Below are positions 8,845 through 17,773 of a stretch of DNA of 30,505 bases, in pieces. Source of the DNA: Flavobacteriaceae bacterium (GTDB lineage Bacteria; Bacteroidota; Bacteroidia; Flavobacteriales; Flavobacteriaceae); contig JBDNAQ010000151.1 in assembly GCA_039768345.1 (NCBI GenBank), positions 1 through 30,505 of the forward strand, read 5' to 3'. The notes beneath the pieces were generated by a model, which worked only from the letters and a program-made list of their open reading frames with translations, had not been told where the DNA came from and ran no database searches. The translations under genes and the position numbers were made by a program. How positions within the stretch are numbered: position 1 is the stretch's first letter; each line of letters begins with the position of its first letter.

Positions 8845-8852
8845 CAAAGTTA
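8845..8852 (-). promoter_or_regulatory. -7 element TAACTTTG for the rsfS-ftsH run
   Basis: Exact TAnnTTTG on the minus strand, 19 nt upstream of the rsfS ATG. Confidence 0.65.
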
Positions 8853-8917
8853 TATTTTTTTTGTTTTTTGAGCCCTAGTTTTTAACATAACATTGTAGAT
8901 GGTAAATTGAACCTATT

Positions 8918-9646
8918 ATGCATATGATCAAACTTGATGCCACCGCTTCAACAAATGCCTACTTAAAGGATCTTTGGCAAGACGAAAAGCCGGAAGACGA
9001 GACGATTGTCTGGGCCAGTCACCAATTTGGTGGTAGAGGACAACAGGGCACTGAATGGCATTCTGAGGCTGGTAAAAACCTTACTTTTAGTGTATTAAAG
9101 TATTTTGATGGTTTGAAAGCCCAACATCAGTTTGTTCTAAATATGGCTGTTTCACTGGCCATACATGAGGCCCTAAATGAATTGAAAATACCGAAGATAA
9201 GCATTAAATGGCCTAACGACATTCTGTCAGGTACGTACAAGATATGTGGCATTCTCATTGAAAATATGGTTAAATCCAAAGAAATAAGGGCATCGGTCAT
9301 CGGGATAGGAGTAAATGTCAATCAGGAAGATTTTGGATCAATTGAAAAGGCGGGTTCATTAAGGCTGATCACAGGGTTGTCTTATGATCTTGATAGTCTT
9401 ATATCATTGATAATGAAATATATACATATGAGGCTAAAAAATTTCACCACGGATAATTACCTCGATATCAAGGCTGCTTACGAAAAGTTACTGTACCGGA
9501 TGGGTATACCTTCTACTTTCTTATTGCCCGACGGGACTAAATTTAACGGAATAATAAGGGGTATAACCGGATCTGGCCAATTAAAGCTGGAAACAGAACA
9601 GGGAAATCGGGTTTTTGATCTGAAGGAAATCCGGTTGTTGAATTAA
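8918..9646 (+). CDS. birA: Biotin--[acetyl-CoA carboxylase] ligase, no N-terminal HTH
   Basis: STNAYL, QFGGRGQQGTEW, IKWPNDI, KICGILIE, IGIGVNVNQ. Confidence 0.93.
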   Translation: MHMIKLDATASTNAYLKDLWQDEKPEDETIVWASHQFGGRGQQGTEWHSEAGKNLTFSVLKYFDGLKAQHQFVLNMAVSLAIHEALNELKIPKISIKWPNDILSGTYKICGILIENMVKSKEIRASVIGIGVNVNQEDFGSIEKAGSLRLITGLSYDLDSLISLIMKYIHMRLKNFTTDNYLDIKAAYEKLLYRMGIPSTFLLPDGTKFNGIIRGITGSGQLKLETEQGNRVFDLKEIRLLN

Positions 9647-9673
9647 AATGGGACTGTGTTGGTATGCGAGAAA

Positions 9674-10066
9674 TTAGATGTCACCCAACTTTTCAGAGAG
9701 GGTATTCATGAAATTTGTGATAGGTGTTTTGACCATCATTGCCATCATCGCATTGAATTCTCCTTCGAAGCTCCACTGAACCTCCGATTCCTCCTCACCG
9801 AGAGCTGAGATATCAATAGTAAGCGAAAAGGGTAACTTATCGCTTGCTGCTCCCAGAATTATTTTAGAATGTGGCTGTTGTTCCTTTCTCTTGAGCACAA
9901 TCTCTGGCATGCCTTTAAGGGCGAACACAAAACTGTCTTCACTCAATAATTCGAATTTTGCTACAGAATCGGGCATTAAACGCTCGAAATTGTTGAAATC
10001 GATAAGAAAATCATAAACTTCCGGAGCGCCTTTGGCTACTTTCTTTTTTGATGTTTCTATATACAT
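9674..10066 (-). CDS. SRPBCC/START-like small protein
   Basis: EVYDFLIDFNNFERLMP and a helix-grip-like pattern with a C-terminal helix MMAMMVKTPITNF. Starts 1 nt after the pyrE stop. Confidence 0.65.
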   Translation of the reverse strand: MYIETSKKKVAKGAPEVYDFLIDFNNFERLMPDSVAKFELLSEDSFVFALKGMPEIVLKRKEQQPHSKIILGAASDKLPFSLTIDISALGEEESEVQWSFEGEFNAMMAMMVKTPITNFMNTLSEKLGDI

Positions 10067-10067
10067 A

Positions 10068-10712
10068 CTAATGAGGTTGCCACTCTGCCGGATTGCTCCT
10101 CCAGTCGAGTAACATTTTTTGTTGTGCTTCTTTGATGTAATTTGTTTCGGAGGCCTGTTGTATTACATGTTCATAGTCTGTTAGCGTATGAAGGGTAACC
10201 TTTTCTTTTTCAAAATTTTTCAGGGCCAGATCGAAGCCATAAGTGAAGATTGCAATCATTCCTTTTACCTGTGCACCTGCCTCTAATAGTGCCCTGACAG
10301 CATTCAGGCTACTTTTCCCTGTACTTATTAGATCTTCAATTACTACCACATTACTATTGCTTTCCAAATATCCCTCAATCTTATTTTGTCTTCCATGTGA
10401 CTTTGCCTCTGGCCTTACATAGACGAAAGGAAGCCCTAAATGTTCGGCCACCAGCGCCCCCATTCCGATGGCACCAGTGGCAACACCTGCGATCACGTCG
10501 GGTTTGCCATAGATATCTTCAATTTGTCTTGCCATCTCCTGTCTGACAAAATTGCGGATCTGAGGATATGATAGTATAATTCTGTTATCGCAATAAATTG
10601 GAGAATTCCAGCCAGATGCCCAGGTGAAGGGATTTTCTGGTCTCAACTTAATTGCATTAATTTGCAACAGCAGCTCGGCCGTTTTGGATGCGGTATCCTT
10701 GTCTAAAACCAT
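10068..10712 (-). CDS. pyrE: Orotate phosphoribosyltransferase
   Basis: FTWASGWNSPIYCDNR, VYVRPEAKSHG, PRPP motif VVVIEDLISTGKSS. Confidence 0.96.
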   Translation of the reverse strand: MVLDKDTASKTAELLLQINAIKLRPENPFTWASGWNSPIYCDNRIILSYPQIRNFVRQEMARQIEDIYGKPDVIAGVATGAIGMGALVAEHLGLPFVYVRPEAKSHGRQNKIEGYLESNSNVVVIEDLISTGKSSLNAVRALLEAGAQVKGMIAIFTYGFDLALKNFEKEKVTLHTLTDYEHVIQQASETNYIKEAQQKMLLDWRSNPAEWQPH

Positions 10713-10716
10713 TTAG

Positions 10717-10724
10717 CAAATGTA
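10717..10724 (-). promoter_or_regulatory. -7 element TACATTTG for pyrE, overlapping the Nudix start codon
   Basis: Reverse complement of caaatgta. Only 4 nt (CTAA) separate it from the pyrE ATG. Confidence 0.6.
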
Positions 10725-11307
10725 TAAAGTTTTCGTTAAAGACGCCCCCTTGGTTTTAACAAGCAGGCTTTCTGAAACCGTAAATGGCCAATATTTTCTT
10801 CTCAACGAGAATGCCATTATCGATGCAATAGACTCACTTGCCAAAAAAAAGCTACCCCAAGCTTTCATTTATCACCCTAACAGCGAAGAAATCCTCAAAA
10901 AGTTTACCAAAAAAATACCACTCGAAATTGCCGCCGGTGGTGTGGTGACCAATAAAGAAGGCAAGGTGCTATTTATATACAGAAACGATAAATGGGACCT
11001 GCCTAAAGGAAAACTGGAAAAGAATGAGAGCATAAAGGAATGTGCGCTTAGAGAAGTAGAAGAAGAAACCGGAGTTAAAGGCCTTAAAATTGAAAACTTT
11101 CTAACAACCACCTATCACATTTTTAAACGCGGTGGGAAGTATAAGCTTAAAGAAGTGCACTGGTATGCTATGCGCACCTCCTACAAAGGTGAGCTCACAG
11201 GTCAGAAGAGTGAAGGTATCGAAAAGGTTAAATGGAAAGGCCCCAGGAAGATCAAAAAAGCGCTCGACAATTCTTATACCAACATCCGCTCACTTTTTAG
11301 TGATTAG
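10720..11307 (+). CDS. Nudix hydrolase with N-terminal extension
   Basis: Nudix box GKLEKNESIKECALREVEEETGV preceded by WDLPK. Confidence 0.92.
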   Translation: MYKVFVKDAPLVLTSRLSETVNGQYFLLNENAIIDAIDSLAKKKLPQAFIYHPNSEEILKKFTKKIPLEIAAGGVVTNKEGKVLFIYRNDKWDLPKGKLEKNESIKECALREVEEETGVKGLKIENFLTTTYHIFKRGGKYKLKEVHWYAMRTSYKGELTGQKSEGIEKVKWKGPRKIKKALDNSYTNIRSLFSD

Positions 11308-11311
11308 TAAT

Positions 11312-13072
11312 TCAACGATCCTGGTTCACGCCTTTGTGTACCCTGTAAACCGGGTATTGCATAAATGTGGATTCATAGTATTCTGACCGAGCATAGATCC
11401 ATTGGAGTTGGGCATACCAGTTTTGTGCAAAAACTTCATCGGATTCCTTTTTTTGCAGAAATTCCTGCTGCATTACCGAATCCGAATCCAGCATGGCCTC
11501 AGCAAGATCTTCAAAGACATAAGGGGAAAAGCCCTCTTTCTGCTGCAGAACAGTATCGAAGAAATTCCAGTTGAAAAAAGAATCCATCGCGGCAGGTTCC
11601 AGGGTTTCCATAAGGTATCTGATCCCTGATTGGTCGGTTGGTATCCAATAATCACCCTCTGCAAAATACTGGTCCGTAAATTTACCCTCAACCCTGGTAC
11701 TGTAATGAGGATAATGACCCTCGTACGGATTTTCATAGCTCTTATAGTTACTGATCCTGTAAGACTCCACATTGATAACGGTATCTTTCGCTATGCGGGT
11801 GTAGGAGATGCCATTAAGATCGAGTAATTCTATAATGCCTTGCCATTGTTTGCCCAATATATAAGCCGAAGGTATCCGGACCGAATCAACCGGTAGATAT
11901 TCATTGTAATAAGGGATATTTTTGGTGAAAGGTTGATCACGGTCGTAACTGAGCCTGCTGAAGCCCGTCACACTGCTGATCAGCGTATCCGCTTGATAGC
12001 CTTTAAAGGCGAGCGTCCTGTTTTTTGTACTATCGATTTGCCATTTTATCGGGTAATAAATGCGTTTTAAATCCACCTCCTTGGCAGTCTTCCTAAGCGC
12101 CTTGATTTTTTGATGCTCTGCTTCGCAAAAAGAGACCAGGTTGTTGAGAAACTCATAGGTGGCGTTTACCCTCTCCTCATAGGGCTTTAACATATGGGTT
12201 TCGATCATCAGGCCAAATGTATTCCACAGACTTGTATAACCGGTGGAATAGCGCGGATGGTCTATAAATTGTATAAACCCTTTATCTGGGGGCCGATTGA
12301 AGACATTTACATAAGGTGTGGCCGGCCATCCTCCATCGGACATCATTTTTTCTATATCGGGAATGAACCTTTCTTCGATGAAGGCACCCGATTCGCCACC
12401 AAGCTTGTTATGTTGTGTAAAGAGGTGGCTTAAGGCATACTGATAGTCAGCACCGTTGCTCACGTGGGTGTCTACGAAAACATCGGGTTGAACCAGATGA
12501 TATATCTGGTAAAATGTCCTGGTATTTTTGGTGTCACCTTTTATAAAATCCCTGTTAAGGTCATAGTTCCTGGCATTTCCTCTAAATCCATACTCGGTCG
12601 GACCATGCTGGTTAACTCGGGTTTTTGATCCACGATTGAGCGCTCCTCCGATATTGTAAACAGGAATAGTGACCACGACAACATTTTCGGGAGCTCTGAT
12701 TTTTTCAAGTGCCAGATCACGGAAGAGCATCATACTGGCATCAACCCCATCACTTTCGCCCGGGTGTATGGCATTGTTGATCAGAACAACAGTTTTATCT
12801 TCAGCTAATTTCTGGAAATTGAAATCGGCCTCTGTATTAAAAGTAACCACGTTCAGTGGTATATCACTGTCAGTAGAGCCTATGGTTTGAATATTAATCT
12901 CTGGAAATTCGCGTGCCAACGCCTTGTAAAAATCTATAGCTTCCTCATAAGTAGCAGTTTCACTGCCTTTTGAGGTTTCAAAGCTTATTGGAAAATCTTG
13001 AGTTTTATCTTCCGGTCGGTCTTCACAGCCGAAAATTAGAAGTAGTAACCAAAAACACTTTCTAGTCCCCAT
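11312..13072 (-). CDS. M14 family zinc carboxypeptidase-like lipoprotein
   Basis: ATG 13072 (MGTRKCFWLLLLIFG-C); the track start 13099 is a TTG inside the promoter element. Motifs NNAIHPGE (HxxE), GNARNYDLNRDF, VDTHVS. Confidence 0.88.
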   Translation of the reverse strand: MGTRKCFWLLLLIFGCEDRPEDKTQDFPISFETSKGSETATYEEAIDFYKALAREFPEINIQTIGSTDSDIPLNVVTFNTEADFNFQKLAEDKTVVLINNAIHPGESDGVDASMMLFRDLALEKIRAPENVVVVTIPVYNIGGALNRGSKTRVNQHGPTEYGFRGNARNYDLNRDFIKGDTKNTRTFYQIYHLVQPDVFVDTHVSNGADYQYALSHLFTQHNKLGGESGAFIEERFIPDIEKMMSDGGWPATPYVNVFNRPPDKGFIQFIDHPRYSTGYTSLWNTFGLMIETHMLKPYEERVNATYEFLNNLVSFCEAEHQKIKALRKTAKEVDLKRIYYPIKWQIDSTKNRTLAFKGYQADTLISSVTGFSRLSYDRDQPFTKNIPYYNEYLPVDSVRIPSAYILGKQWQGIIELLDLNGISYTRIAKDTVINVESYRISNYKSYENPYEGHYPHYSTRVEGKFTDQYFAEGDYWIPTDQSGIRYLMETLEPAAMDSFFNWNFFDTVLQQKEGFSPYVFEDLAEAMLDSDSVMQQEFLQKKESDEVFAQNWYAQLQWIYARSEYYESTFMQYPVYRVHKGVNQDR

Positions 13073-13096
13073 AGAAAAGTCGGGATTTTGCACATT

Positions 13097-13104
13097 CAAA
13101 AATA
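13097..13104 (-). promoter_or_regulatory. -7 element TATTTTTG for the M14 gene
   Basis: Exact TAnnTTTG, 24 nt upstream of ATG 13072. Confidence 0.55.
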
Positions 13105-13166
13105 CAGAAAATAGAATCCGGTTAAAAGTTAGGTGAAAATCAATTATTAAAGCACCAGATGTTTTG

Positions 13167-13571
13167 TTATGCCGGAATAGTGATTTCTTTTATTATGTTT
13201 TTTCTGATGGGCTTATTCTTGTAGTCGATAAGATGGTGGGTCTTTTCCTGGTAGTATAACCAATTCTGATGATCTGCCGGATCGATGGAAGAAGTTAGAA
13301 TATTGATACGGATACGATAGGGCAGGGGAAGGGTTATGAATTCTTCCAGGAACTGCCATCCGTCCATAATGGGCATATTGATATCGAGGAAGATCACTTC
13401 TGGGACAGCATCATTATTCTCGAGCATAATCTTAATATCATCGATAGCTTCCTTACCGTTGGTATAGGTTTTAATGGTCTCACTGAGGTCTAAAAGATTG
13501 AGCATCTTTTTGATCCCAAAAACCGTTATGGGATCATCGTCAATTACCCCAATAGACCTAATTTTTTTCAT
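13167..13571 (-). CDS. Single-domain response regulator (CheY-like receiver)
   Basis: IDDD acidic pocket, FLDINMPIMDGWQF phospho-Asp, LTSS, KP. Overlaps the kinase 3' end by 14 nt. Confidence 0.92.
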   Translation of the reverse strand: MKKIRSIGVIDDDPITVFGIKKMLNLLDLSETIKTYTNGKEAIDDIKIMLENNDAVPEVIFLDINMPIMDGWQFLEEFITLPLPYRIRINILTSSIDPADHQNWLYYQEKTHHLIDYKNKPIRKNIIKEITIPA

Positions 13572-15408
13572 TAAAATATATATTAAAAGTAGTTCCCTTA
13601 CCCACTTCGCTACAGACCATTACTTTCCCATTCATCGCTTCGATCTGATTTTTTGAGATGTATAAGCCTATCCCCCTTGCATCGGAGTTGTGGTGAAAGG
13701 TTTTATACATACCAAACAGTTTCTCGCCGTATTTTTTCAGGTCGATGCCCAGGCCGTTATCTTCTATACTTAAGATAGTATATTGCTCATTTTTACTTAC
13801 AGACAGCTTAATGACCGGGTCTCTTTTCGGATCCTTATATTTCACGGAATTTGTGATAAAATTCATAAGTATACTATCCAGGTAAGCAGGGATTACCTTT
13901 ATTTGAAGATCCTCTGGTATCTTATTGATAATCGTCGCTTTGTTCTTTTTCAGGAAAGCCGCCAGGTTTTGTTCTACGGTCTGGATTTTATTGAAAATAG
14001 TAGTGGGTTTCTTCTCGAGGTTTACATTGGTACTTATAGCAACTACTTCGTTGAGGTTTTCGAGTGTTTCCAGGAGATTATCAGATGCTTCTGTGAGCAT
14101 TTTAATTATTTTTTCTTTCTCCTCCTCATCTTTCTCGTTGATCAGAAATTCGAGCAACATCGAAAAGTTGGCGGTATGTGATCGCAGGTTATGAGAAACG
14201 ATATGTGCGAAATTGATCAGCTGCTTATTTTGTAGCGAAGTCACATTGATCAAATCACGTAATTCCTCTTCTTTTTGTTTAATATCAGATATATCCCAGC
14301 TGATCCCTATCAAACCGTTGGCTTTGCCCTGGTCGCCTATCAGGGGTAATTTGGAGGTTATAAATGTAGTTACCCGACCATCTTTTTTCACATTGATGGT
14401 TTCCTTACTCAGGATGGGTTTAAGGGTTTGCATCACATAGAGATCCTCTGCGCGGGAACTCTTTGCGGTTGCCTGGTCATAAAAATCGAAATCTGTCTTA
14501 CCGATGATCTGGGATTCATCTTCCAGGCCACAAAAACTCACTTCCGATCTATTCGCCAGGATCTTACGCGATTCGGTGTCTTTGATAAAAACATTCAATG
14601 GCAGATTATCGATAAGTGTTTTTAACAGTTTTTCGTTTTTCTTGGTTTTAAGATTCGAATTAACGCTTTCACTTATATCCTGAATTGTGCCTATAAGCCC
14701 GATGAATTCTTCATTCTTGAATAGTGGCTTCCCGGCAGCAATTACCCAGATCTCTTCGCCATTGTCTTTTACCAATTGTAATTTCTCATTCCATGGTACT
14801 CCTTCTACCATCGCTTTATGTACAGCCAGAGAAATGGTATTCCTGCAATACCCCTCTTTATAGAATTCGATACCATTGGCGATATCTGGTTCATAGTCCA
14901 GGGGCACCCCATGTATCTTTTTGGTCATATCGGACCAGGTAAGTGAATCGGCCACTGCATCATATTCCCAACTACCTATTTTGGCTATTTCAGATTTCTC
15001 TTTTAACAGCATTTGCAGTTTGTCGTGTTCCAGTTCGTTATTGATACGTTTAGTGACGTCCTCTACCTGCAAGATCACCCCAATGATATTTTCATCTTTA
15101 TCGTACCAGGGAATGTTGACCCATTCGAACCACTTTTCAAGCTTGTTACTATCAAAATACCGCTCGATCTCTATAGAGCTTTGTTTTCCTCTTAAACAAT
15201 TATCCAGGGCTTCCTGCCATTGAGGGTTTACCTTACCAAAAAGTTTGTGGATGGTTTTCCCGAAAACCTGGTCTGGATTAAGGGCGAAGTAGTCTATCCA
15301 TGTATCCGAAGCGTGAACTACTGTGAAATCCCTATCGATAAAAGCAGTTGCCATTGGCAACTGTTTGATAAGGTAATCACTCGTATTTGTTTGAGTTTCA
15401 CGCAACAT
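13558..15408 (-). CDS. Cytoplasmic multi-PAS sensor histidine kinase (start 15408 or 15498)
   Basis: Three PAS-like segments, H-box FAHIVSHNLRSH, N-box NFITNSVKY, DNGLGID, GIGLYI. No TM helix evident. Confidence 0.9.
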   Translation of the reverse strand: MLRETQTNTSDYLIKQLPMATAFIDRDFTVVHASDTWIDYFALNPDQVFGKTIHKLFGKVNPQWQEALDNCLRGKQSSIEIERYFDSNKLEKWFEWVNIPWYDKDENIIGVILQVEDVTKRINNELEHDKLQMLLKEKSEIAKIGSWEYDAVADSLTWSDMTKKIHGVPLDYEPDIANGIEFYKEGYCRNTISLAVHKAMVEGVPWNEKLQLVKDNGEEIWVIAAGKPLFKNEEFIGLIGTIQDISESVNSNLKTKKNEKLLKTLIDNLPLNVFIKDTESRKILANRSEVSFCGLEDESQIIGKTDFDFYDQATAKSSRAEDLYVMQTLKPILSKETINVKKDGRVTTFITSKLPLIGDQGKANGLIGISWDISDIKQKEEELRDLINVTSLQNKQLINFAHIVSHNLRSHTANFSMLLEFLINEKDEEEKEKIIKMLTEASDNLLETLENLNEVVAISTNVNLEKKPTTIFNKIQTVEQNLAAFLKKNKATIINKIPEDLQIKVIPAYLDSILMNFITNSVKYKDPKRDPVIKLSVSKNEQYTILSIEDNGLGIDLKKYGEKLFGMYKTFHHNSDARGIGLYISKNQIEAMNGKVMVCSEVGKGTTFNIYFNEKN

Positions 15409-15619
15409 ATGTTGGAAATTTCTTACTAATGTAAAATGATTTTCCAACAAAAATGAATGATTGTTGTGAACAGGCCTTATCTCGTTGTGTGTTCCCAATT
15501 TTTCGGAGCTAAGAGAGTATTATCCTATAAAAAGAAGGTAATTTCTTACAAAGAAATCAATTTTAGTTAAGTTGAGCAAATATGTTTACAGAATAAAAAC
15601 CACCCGGGGTCGATCTTTG

Positions 15620-16078
15620 CTAGGACCGAAGGTGCACTGTGGGTGGAACTAGAGCGGTATAGTCGCCACCATTTCGGATGACATCGCGGACAATTGAAGA
15701 ACTGATATAGGAATACGATGATGAAGTGAGAAGAAAAACGGTTTCAATATCCGATAGTTTTCGGTTGGTGTGTGCTATGGCTTTTTCAAATTCGAAATCC
15801 CCTGAGTTTCTTAGTCCTCTTAAAATATAATCTGCATTTACTTCCCGACAGAAATCAATGGTGAGTCCGCTGTAGGTCATAACTCTAACCTGAACCTGAT
15901 CCTTAAATGCTTCAGTGATGAATTTCTCCCGTTCTTCAATAGGAAACATATAAGACTTTTCGGCGTTTACCCCTATGGCAATAATAAGTTCATCGAAAAG
16001 TGTAAGGCCGCGATTAATGATATCAAAATGGCCCAGCGTAATTGGGTCGAAGGATCCGGGAAATATAGCGCGTTTCAT
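15620..16078 (-). CDS. coaD: Pantetheine-phosphate adenylyltransferase
   Basis: AIFPGSFDPITLGHFDII, RGLRNSGDFEFE, ISSSIVR. Confidence 0.97.
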   Translation of the reverse strand: MKRAIFPGSFDPITLGHFDIINRGLTLFDELIIAIGVNAEKSYMFPIEEREKFITEAFKDQVQVRVMTYSGLTIDFCREVNADYILRGLRNSGDFEFEKAIAHTNRKLSDIETVFLLTSSSYSYISSSIVRDVIRNGGDYTALVPPTVHLRS

Positions 16079-16102
16079 ATTGTCTGGTATAGCTGGGTAA
16101 AG

Positions 16103-17086
16103 TTACAGATTTTCGTCCAAGGCGTCCTCAACGGCACTTCCAAACAACTCGCCCAGATCGATACCCGCTTTGATGGCCTGTTGTGGCAAAATACTTTCTG
16201 CGGTTAGTCCGGGTGTAATATTCATCTCGAGCATGTAGGGAATATCATCGACGAAAATGAATTCGCTGCGGGTGTACCCCTTCATTTTTAGTAGTTCATA
16301 TACTTTTTTTACCACTTCGCTCACGCTAAGTGTTTGATTTTTTGATATCCGGGCTGGAGTTATCTCTTCAGATTTGCCCAGGTATTTTGCTTCGTAGTCA
16401 AAGAAATCATTCTCAGAAACAATCTCGGTGACAGGCAATACCAAAGTCTTCCCATTATGGCGTATGACCCCGACCGATACCTCTGTGCCGTCTAAAAATG
16501 ATTCGATAATAATCTCGTCGTCTTCTTCTAAGGCTGTTTTCACCGCCCCCGGTAATTCCTCTTTTTTATGAACCTTGCTCATGCCAAAGCTGCTACCCGA
16601 TTTATTGGGTTTCACAAAACAAGGCAGCCCTACAACTTCAACGATTTTTTCCACATCGATCTCATCTCCACGGTCGAGATAAAATGAGGGAGCAGACTTT
16701 ACGCCGTGTGCTTTCATCACGCTGAGGAAGTCCCTTTTGTTAAAAGTAAGCGCTGCCTGATAGGCGCCACAGGATGTTTGGGGTAGTCCGATGAGTTCAA
16801 AGTAAGACTGCATCAGACCATCTTCCCCCGGAGTTCCGTGAATCGCATTGAAAACACAATCGAATTTAAGTACTCCAAATTCGGTTTCCACCGAGAAATC
16901 ATGCCGGTTTACAGGCAATTGTCGGTCATGATCATCTAACATATACCAATTATTCCGGGTAATCACAATCCTGTAAGCCTTGTAAGCACTTTTATCGAGA
17001 TGCTCGAATACCACATTTCCACTCTTTATAGAAATATCGAATTCGCTGGAAAACCCGCCCATTATAATGGCAATATTCTTTTTCAT
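16103..17086 (-). CDS. ddl: D-alanine--D-alanine ligase
   Basis: ATG 17086. GGFSSEFDISIKSG, IHGTPGEDG, FVKPNKSGSSFG, LEMNITPGLT. Confidence 0.96.
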   Translation of the reverse strand: MKKNIAIIMGGFSSEFDISIKSGNVVFEHLDKSAYKAYRIVITRNNWYMLDDHDRQLPVNRHDFSVETEFGVLKFDCVFNAIHGTPGEDGLMQSYFELIGLPQTSCGAYQAALTFNKRDFLSVMKAHGVKSAPSFYLDRGDEIDVEKIVEVVGLPCFVKPNKSGSSFGMSKVHKKEELPGAVKTALEEDDEIIIESFLDGTEVSVGVIRHNGKTLVLPVTEIVSENDFFDYEAKYLGKSEEITPARISKNQTLSVSEVVKKVYELLKMKGYTRSEFIFVDDIPYMLEMNITPGLTAESILPQQAIKAGIDLGELFGSAVEDALDENL

Positions 17087-17159
17087 CAATAGTTGATCTC
17101 TGTATAACTACTTCGTACGTATGTCGAAACCAAAATAAAGAAAAAAGGATTGGGTTTCC

Positions 17160-17167
17160 TATCTTTG
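17160..17167 (+). promoter_or_regulatory. -7 element TATCTTTG for PASTA-rluD-like
   Basis: Exact TAnnTTTG, 18 nt upstream of ATG 17186. Confidence 0.6.
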
Positions 17168-17185
17168 ACCTGCAATACATGAAAA

Positions 17186-17773
17186 ATGAAGAATTTTATC
17201 AACTTCATAAGAAGCAAGACTTTCCTGATCAATCTGGGGCTCGCATTAGTGGCAGTGATAATTCTCTGTTTGCTCGCCCTGAATTGGCTAAAGAAATCCA
17301 CACATCATGGCGAGTTTGTAAAAGTCCCCGATCTTTCAAAGATGTCTGTTATGGAAATGCGGGAAGTGATCGAGGATGCTAATCTTCGCTATGAGGTGCT
17401 CGATTCTGCGAATTACGACCCTGGATATCCGAGATTCTCGATTATTGAACAAAATCCTCCTGCCGGAAATAAGGTAAAGCAAAACCGAAAGATCTATGTA
17501 ACGGTAAATCCCTCCGGGTATAAAAAAGTAACCGTGCCCAATGTGATCCAGGTAACCCAGCGGAATGCGGCCTCTATGCTTCGGGCGGTCGGCCTCGATG
17601 TTCAGCGGGTCACCTATATCGACGAATTGGGCAAGAACATGGTGTACTACATCAAGCACAAGGGTAAAACCATAAAGCCCGGCGACAAATTACCCAAAAC
17701 ATCTAAATTGGAACTTGTTTGTGGCAATGGCAGAATACCGGCCAGTGCCCGGGTGAAGTCTGATTCCCAATAA
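17186..17773 (+). CDS. PASTA domain membrane-anchored protein
   Basis: N-terminal TM helix. VKVPDLSKMS...IIEQNPPAGNKVK and VTVPNVIQVTQRNA repeats. Confidence 0.9.
   Translation: MKNFINFIRSKTFLINLGLALVAVIILCLLALNWLKKSTHHGEFVKVPDLSKMSVMEMREVIEDANLRYEVLDSANYDPGYPRFSIIEQNPPAGNKVKQNRKIYVTVNPSGYKKVTVPNVIQVTQRNAASMLRAVGLDVQRVTYIDELGKNMVYYIKHKGKTIKPGDKLPKTSKLELVCGNGRIPASARVKSDSQ

Noticed and set aside
10843-10851. In-frame A_AAA_AAG slippery motif in the Nudix gene (a second one in the LUD gene, 6361-6369)
   Set aside because: Lys-Lys-Lys runs make this common in AT-rich genes; I saw no stimulatory structure, and the -1 frame in the Nudix gene stops after about 10 codons.
13558-15408. Possible LOV or heme-PAS photoreceptor/oxygen sensor
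   Set aside because: No GxNCRFLQ motif or other diagnostic ligand motif was seen; this kinase/receiver pair is a common type.
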